From Halalkalibacterium halodurans (GTDB lineage Bacteria; Bacillota; Bacilli; Bacillales; Bacillaceae_D), in NCBI RefSeq assembly GCF_004376175.1, contig NZ_SNUY01000028.1:7155-39154 (forward strand): 32,000 bases of DNA, given 5' to 3'. A program made the position numbers and the translations under genes. Below the pieces are notes generated by a model. That model had not been told where the DNA came from. It worked only from the letters and a program-made list of their open reading frames with translations, and did no database searches. Shown here in pieces: positions 28,218 through 32,000 of the stretch (its first letter is position 1; every line of letters starts with the position of its first letter).

Positions 28218-28226
28218 ATTATATCA
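28218..28226 (-). promoter_or_regulatory. Candidate extended -10 promoter (TGaTATAAT) of the PBP-HK-RR operon
   Basis: The minus strand reads aaTGaTATAATc, ~60 nt upstream of the ATG. There is no good -35. Confidence 0.4.
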
Positions 28227-28292
28227 TTCAACTAGATCATCATTTGTATCTATCTAGATCAAATGTCCTTCTTTATTTTTGGTCAATTGCTA

Positions 28293-28492
28293 TGGGATTG
28301 ATTGTTTCAAAATACACTCGATAGCATCAGGAGAAAGCGCCCCGATGGATCATCAGCTCTTGCTTTTCCCGCAGGCGTCTCATGATTTAGACCATCAACC
28401 TAGAAACGTCCGTCTCGTTATACGTATACACAAAAAGGTTCGGATCATTTTATTTTGATGATCCGAACCTTTTTGATTACGTTTGGCTAGTT
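28293..28492. repeat. Modular repeat, copy 3 (long form); the hairpin core serves as the terminator after the NhaC-family gene
   Basis: Its order is gattgtttcaaaatacactcg, a ~95-nt insert containing ttgcttttcccgcaggcgtctc, gttatacgtataca, aaaaaggttcggatcattttattttgatgatccgaaccttttt, then cgtttggctagtt. Confidence 0.75.
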
Positions 28493-28503
28493 CGTTTTTT
28501 TCT

Positions 28504-30054
28504 TTAAGATGAAACTGGTTGCTTATCCGCTGCAATTCTTTTCAAAATGATCACGGAGAGAACGAGCAATCCAATCGCTACAGCGAGACCTATTAGCACA
28601 CTGTTTGTCATGCCGAGGGCGAGGAACGCGATAAAGCTAATAACTGCACTAAGGATCGCGTATGGCAACTGGGTAATCACGTGATCAATATGGTGACTTC
28701 CCGCCCCTGTGGACGACAAGATTGTCGTATCAGAGATCGGTGAGCAATGGTCACCAAAGATGGCCCCAGCCAACACAGCCGCTAACATTGGCAAAATCAT
28801 CGTCACATCGATTACGGCCGCCATTTCACCAGCAATCGGCAATAAAATACCGAATGTCCCCCACGATGTACCTGTGGAAAAGGCAGTCACACCAGCAATC
28901 AAAAATAGGATCGCAGGAAGCAGCATCGGTGGAATTCTCCCATCAACGAGGGACGCTAAATAGCCTCCAGTCCCGAGACCATCGATAATCCCAATTAATG
29001 TCCAAGCAAAAATCAAAATATAAATTGCCGGAAGCATCGATTTTATTCCAGCCCAGAGAGAGCCGCCTAACCCATTTGCACCTTTAACTAAATTGAGCAC
29101 CAACGCCACGATAAACCCGATGAGCCCACCATACACGAGAGCTCTCGCCACATCCGTGTTTTCAAAAATCGAAAGAATAGTGACCGTTCCCTCTGTTCCT
29201 TGAATTCCGGTCGTAATCATAAATGTAACGGTCCCGATCACAAGAGCAACAATCGGCAAAATCAAGTCGGACACCCGTCCTTGCTTAACCACTTTCACTT
29301 GATCCTGTTCACCAGGAGCTGGGCCTTTCGCTGCATCTAAAAGCTCTCCCGTCTCCACAGCTTTGGTTTCATGAATCTTCATCGCGCCAACATCTAAGTT
29401 GTACCATGCAACTGCAAATACAAGACCGATGGCAACGATAGCGTAAAGGTTCATTGGCACCATCATGACAAACGCCTGCAATCCACCGTATTGCGTCACT
29501 CCATGTGTCGCCAATATCCCAGCGATGATCGTAATAATGTACGCTCCCCAGCTAGAAATCGGCGAGATGACACAGATTGGCGCTGACGTTGAGTCAACAA
29601 TGTAAGCCAGCTTCGCACGTGAAACCCGATGACGGTCCGTAAGCGGGCGACTCACATTACCTACGGTTAAACTATTGAAATAATCGTCAATGAATACAAT
29701 AATCCCTAACCAAAACGCTAGCAGTTGTGCGCCCACGCGAGTTTTCACCTTACGAACAGCCCATTCACCAAACGCCCGCGTTCCACCTGAGCGTGTCATA
29801 AGGGCAGCCATCATACCTAACAAAAGCAAGAAAAAGATAATGAACAATTCCCAGTCATTGATGGCTCCTTCAGTTACAAAAATGGCGCCGACGAGTTCTG
29901 CTACATGCTTAATGCTCTCAAGTATCGCAAAATCATTAAGCATGATCGCACCGACAATGATCCCAATCCCGAGCGACAGCAGCACACGCCTTGTCAAAAT
30001 CACCATCACCAACGCAAGGAGCGGTGGGATCAATGACCAAATGCTCCCTTCCAT
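28504..30054 (-). CDS. NhaC-family Na+/H+ antiporter-type transporter, lysine-riboswitch controlled (candidate lysine transporter)
   Basis: The 516-aa polytopic product begins WSLIPPLLALVMVILTRRVLLSLGIGIIVGA. A DHCSPISDTT motif, as I recall for the NhaC family, lies near the C-terminus. An L-box lies in its leader. Confidence 0.85.
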   Translation of the reverse strand: MEGSIWSLIPPLLALVMVILTRRVLLSLGIGIIVGAIMLNDFAILESIKHVAELVGAIFVTEGAINDWELFIIFFLLLLGMMAALMTRSGGTRAFGEWAVRKVKTRVGAQLLAFWLGIIVFIDDYFNSLTVGNVSRPLTDRHRVSRAKLAYIVDSTSAPICVISPISSWGAYIITIIAGILATHGVTQYGGLQAFVMMVPMNLYAIVAIGLVFAVAWYNLDVGAMKIHETKAVETGELLDAAKGPAPGEQDQVKVVKQGRVSDLILPIVALVIGTVTFMITTGIQGTEGTVTILSIFENTDVARALVYGGLIGFIVALVLNLVKGANGLGGSLWAGIKSMLPAIYILIFAWTLIGIIDGLGTGGYLASLVDGRIPPMLLPAILFLIAGVTAFSTGTSWGTFGILLPIAGEMAAVIDVTMILPMLAAVLAGAIFGDHCSPISDTTILSSTGAGSHHIDHVITQLPYAILSAVISFIAFLALGMTNSVLIGLAVAIGLLVLSVIILKRIAADKQPVSS

Positions 30055-30133
30055 ATTCGTTCCTCCATTCTTCGTCGTAATGGAATCACGCTTTTCAGCG
30101 AATCCCTTCTTCTATATCTATTACTTAGGGCAC

Positions 30134-30173
30134 AAAAAAAGAGCAATGATGAGATCGATCTCTCCCATTGCCC
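30134..30173 (-). terminator. Intrinsic terminator forming the expression platform of the lysine riboswitch
   Basis: On the minus strand, gggcaatgggagagatc/gatctcatcattgctc is followed by TTTTTTT. It lies ~80 nt upstream of the transporter ATG. Confidence 0.75.
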
Positions 30174-30385
30174 TTTTATCCGCACAAGGAAACCCCATCA
30201 CAACGTTAGTAGTTCTCCACAGCAAAACAAGCTGTGACAGTGTTGCATTTATTCAATGCAACCCCAGCAAGAAGACGCTTGACTCATCTTCCGCTTCGGC
30301 GAGTTTTCCTTTCGGCGCTTATCCTCGTTGTCATCCTCCAAGCGCTTACTCTTAAAACCCGCTCCTCTACCCCATCTTGTGGATG
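30134..30385 (-). promoter_or_regulatory. Lysine riboswitch (L-box), aptamer ~30225-30385 plus terminator platform
   Basis: The minus strand reads GUAGAGGAGCGGGUUUUAAGAGUAAGCGCUUGGAGGAUG...GCGCCGAAAGGAAAACUCGCCGAAGCGG...UUGCUGGGGUUGCAUUGAAUAAAUGCAACACUGUCACAG. It is collinear with the B. subtilis lysC L-box blocks UAGAGGxGCG, AAGAGUA, UGGAG, GAAAGG, CGCCGAAGC, UGCUGG, UGCAUUGAAUAAAUG and CUGUCA. Confidence 0.9.
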
Positions 30386-30417
30386 AGGCACACCATCTAT
30401 TCAATTAATCGTAAGTT

Positions 30418-30446
30418 ATTCTACCATAATATATTTCATGTCGCAA
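30418..30446 (-). promoter_or_regulatory. Sigma-A promoter driving the L-box leader
   Basis: The minus strand reads TTGCGA, a 17-nt spacer, then TAGAAT, with TG at the extended -10 position (tggTAGAAT). It sits just downstream of the dfrA stop. Confidence 0.55.
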
Positions 30447-30458
30447 TGTAAATATTCG

Positions 30459-30950
30459 CTAGTTTTTCGCTTGACGCTCATATACTCTGAACTCATGAGG
30501 ATAGACATTCTTTTCATCGACAGTGCCCGCCTCAACGGACACAAGCTCCCACTCCTGTCCATCAATCTCTGGAAAATACGTATCACCGTCAAAAACCTCA
30601 TCAATGTAGGTCACATACATCCGATCCGCGTGGGGCCAAAAAGCTTTAAACAGTTCACTACCGCCAATGACAAACGTTTCGTTTTCATGTTCTGTGAGCC
30701 TTATAGCTTCATCGATAGAATGGACGATGTCAACCCCTTCGGCTGTGTATGCTTGCGATCTTGTGACGACGACGTTTCGGCGATTTGGTAACGGTTTGCC
30801 GATCGACTCATACGTTTTCCGTCCCATGATCACCGTATGTCCCGAAGTTACCCGTTTAAAATGGGCTAAATCGGCAGGGAGTCGCCACGGAAGGTCATTC
30901 TCTTTTCCAATGAGCCGATGCTTGTCCATCGCAACAATAAACGAAATCAT
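30459..30950 (-). CDS. dfrA: Dihydrofolate reductase
   Basis: The 163-aa product shows [51 protein letters not shown]. It has a 4-nt ATGA overlap with thyA. Confidence 0.93.
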   Translation of the reverse strand: MISFIVAMDKHRLIGKENDLPWRLPADLAHFKRVTSGHTVIMGRKTYESIGKPLPNRRNVVVTRSQAYTAEGVDIVHSIDEAIRLTEHENETFVIGGSELFKAFWPHADRMYVTYIDEVFDGDTYFPEIDGQEWELVSVEAGTVDEKNVYPHEFRVYERQAKN

Positions 30951-31741
30951 ACAGACACTTCTCCTTTTATATGAGGGTGCGGGTCATAACCGACAAGCTC
31001 AAAATCATCGAACGTGAAGTCGAACAATGAACGAACCTCTGGGTTCAAACGCATCTCCGGTAATGGTCTTGGCTCTCGCGTTAACTGTAATTTTACTTGT
31101 TCGATATGATTTAAGTAAATGTGAGCGTCACCGAACGTGTGAACAAACTCTCCTTCTTCTAAATCGCATACTTGGGCGATCATTTTTGTTAACAAGGCGT
31201 ATGAAGCGATGTTGAAAGGAACGCCTAGGAAAATATCTGCACTTCGCTGATAGAGCTGACACGATAGCTTTCCGTCTTGCACATAAAATTGGAATAGGCA
31301 ATGACATGGAGCTAAAGCCATATCTTCAATCTCCGCTGCATTCCAAGCACTTACGATCAATCGTCTTGAATCCGGTTGATGTTTAATCGCTTCTACGACT
31401 TGAGAAATTTGGTCGATCGTTTTCCCATTCGCGCCTTCCCATGAGCGCCACTGTTTACCATATACAGGACCGAGTTCCCCATTTTCATCGGCCCACTCGT
31501 TCCAAATTCGCACACCATTCTCTTGCAAGTAGGCGATGTTAGTCTCTCCTTTTAAAAACCAAAGCAGTTCATGGATGATCGACCGCAGGTGCAGTTTTTT
31601 CGTCGTAACAACGGGAAATCCTTCTTGGAGATCAAATCTCATTTGATAGCCAAAAACGCTGATCGTCCCTGTTCCTGTCCGATCTGATCGCTCGGTTCCA
31701 TGCTCGAGAACGTGGCGGCAAAGCTCTAAATATTGTTCCAT
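30947..31741 (-). CDS. thyA: Thymidylate synthase (ThyA type, 264 aa)
   Basis: The product shows [31 protein letters not shown], the active-site region [13 protein letters not shown] and [16 protein letters not shown]. Confidence 0.95.
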   Translation of the reverse strand: MEQYLELCRHVLEHGTERSDRTGTGTISVFGYQMRFDLQEGFPVVTTKKLHLRSIIHELLWFLKGETNIAYLQENGVRIWNEWADENGELGPVYGKQWRSWEGANGKTIDQISQVVEAIKHQPDSRRLIVSAWNAAEIEDMALAPCHCLFQFYVQDGKLSCQLYQRSADIFLGVPFNIASYALLTKMIAQVCDLEEGEFVHTFGDAHIYLNHIEQVKLQLTREPRPLPEMRLNPEVRSLFDFTFDDFELVGYDPHPHIKGEVSV

Positions 31742-31811
31742 ACACGATCACTCCTATGTATTCGTCTAACCTAACACGTATTATACATGATTTACTGTTA
31801 GGAGGTACGTA

Positions 31812-31854
31812 TAAAAAGCAAAAGCGGCCCACTTGCTTCAGCGTGACCGCTTTT
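31812..31854 (-). terminator. Intrinsic terminator after the partial upstream gene
   Basis: On the minus strand, aaaagcggtcac-gctgaagcaa-gtgggccgctttt is followed by gcttttta. Confidence 0.55.
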
Positions 31855-31861
31855 CCTAGTT

Positions 31862-31999
31862 TTATACCATTTTCAAGAGAGCGTCTCGCCCTTTCATTCC
31901 TTCCGTAATCCCACAAGCTTCTGCCTCCAATGTGACCGATTCAAGGGGAGCGTCGAGCAATTGATCGATGGTGCGAACACCGACTGCACGTCCAGCGAT
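31862..31999 (-). CDS. 3' end (45 codons) of an unidentified gene running off the window
   Basis: An open frame reads ...IAGRAVGVRTIDQLLDAPLESVTLEAEACGITEGMKGRDALLKMV* and is followed by a terminator. It is too short to appear in the ORF track, and I do not recognise the family. Confidence 0.4.
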   Translation of the reverse strand: MAGRAVGVRTIDQLLDAPLESVTLEAEACGITEGMKGRDALLKMV

Positions 32000-32000
32000 A

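Noticed and set aside
29690-30355. A 221-aa ORF is called on the + strand across the nhaC 5' end and leader.
   Set aside because: It is antisense to a well-supported transporter gene and to the lysine riboswitch. It has no RBS, and its product is low in complexity.
31632-31916. A 94-aa ORF is called on the - strand overlapping the thyA start.
   Set aside because: It reads through a terminator hairpin and the thyA promoter/RBS in a different frame from both real genes. The true upstream gene ends at 31862 in another frame.
1-32000. I searched for CRISPR arrays, tRNA or rRNA genes, prophage or integrase genes and known defence-system genes.
   Set aside because: I saw no regularly spaced direct repeats with unique spacers, no cloverleaf-like or rRNA-like segments, and no nuclease, helicase, methylase or other defence hallmarks. 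The only mobile DNA is the IS3 copy and the IS1182 remnant.

Overview
This looks like a chromosomal segment of a Bacillaceae-type Firmicute, inferred from gene content and synteny rather than a database search. Positions 1.3-16.7 kb reproduce the B. subtilis neighbourhood thrB-thrC-hom-yutH-yutG-yutF-yutE-yutD-yutC-lipA-lytH(yunA). Lineage-specific insertions interrupt it:
- a decayed two-component system plus a divergent DUF418 membrane protein (6.7-9.4 kb)
- a SufR-like Cys-rich regulator (10.5-11.1 kb)
- glpX plus a small conserved ORF (11.8-13.2 kb)

The window opens exactly on the terminal TG of a complete-looking 1.22 kb IS3-family element with a canonical -1 frameshift heptamer, so this may be a contig edge.

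The second half contains, in order:
- a GC-rich stop-free repeat abutting a frameshifted, truncated IS1182-family transposase remnant (16.9-17.8 kb)
- an NSS-family sodium symporter with an uncalled 34-aa MetS-like small subunit
- a CUT2 monosaccharide ABC transporter next to an AraPST / XylFII-LytS-YesN-type three-component sugar sensor (19.9-28.2 kb)
- a lysine (L-box) riboswitch controlling an NhaC-family transporter
- dfrA-thyA

I saw no rRNA, tRNA, CRISPR, prophage or recognisable defence genes, and I found no convincing wholly new multi-gene system. The least-explained signal is a modular repeat family: a palindromic terminator-like core plus shared flanks, with a GC-rich module also found beside the IS1182 remnant. 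One conserved block of it lies at the same distance upstream of both operons of the sugar-sensing locus. All protein-family calls come from motif recognition by eye, not from searches.
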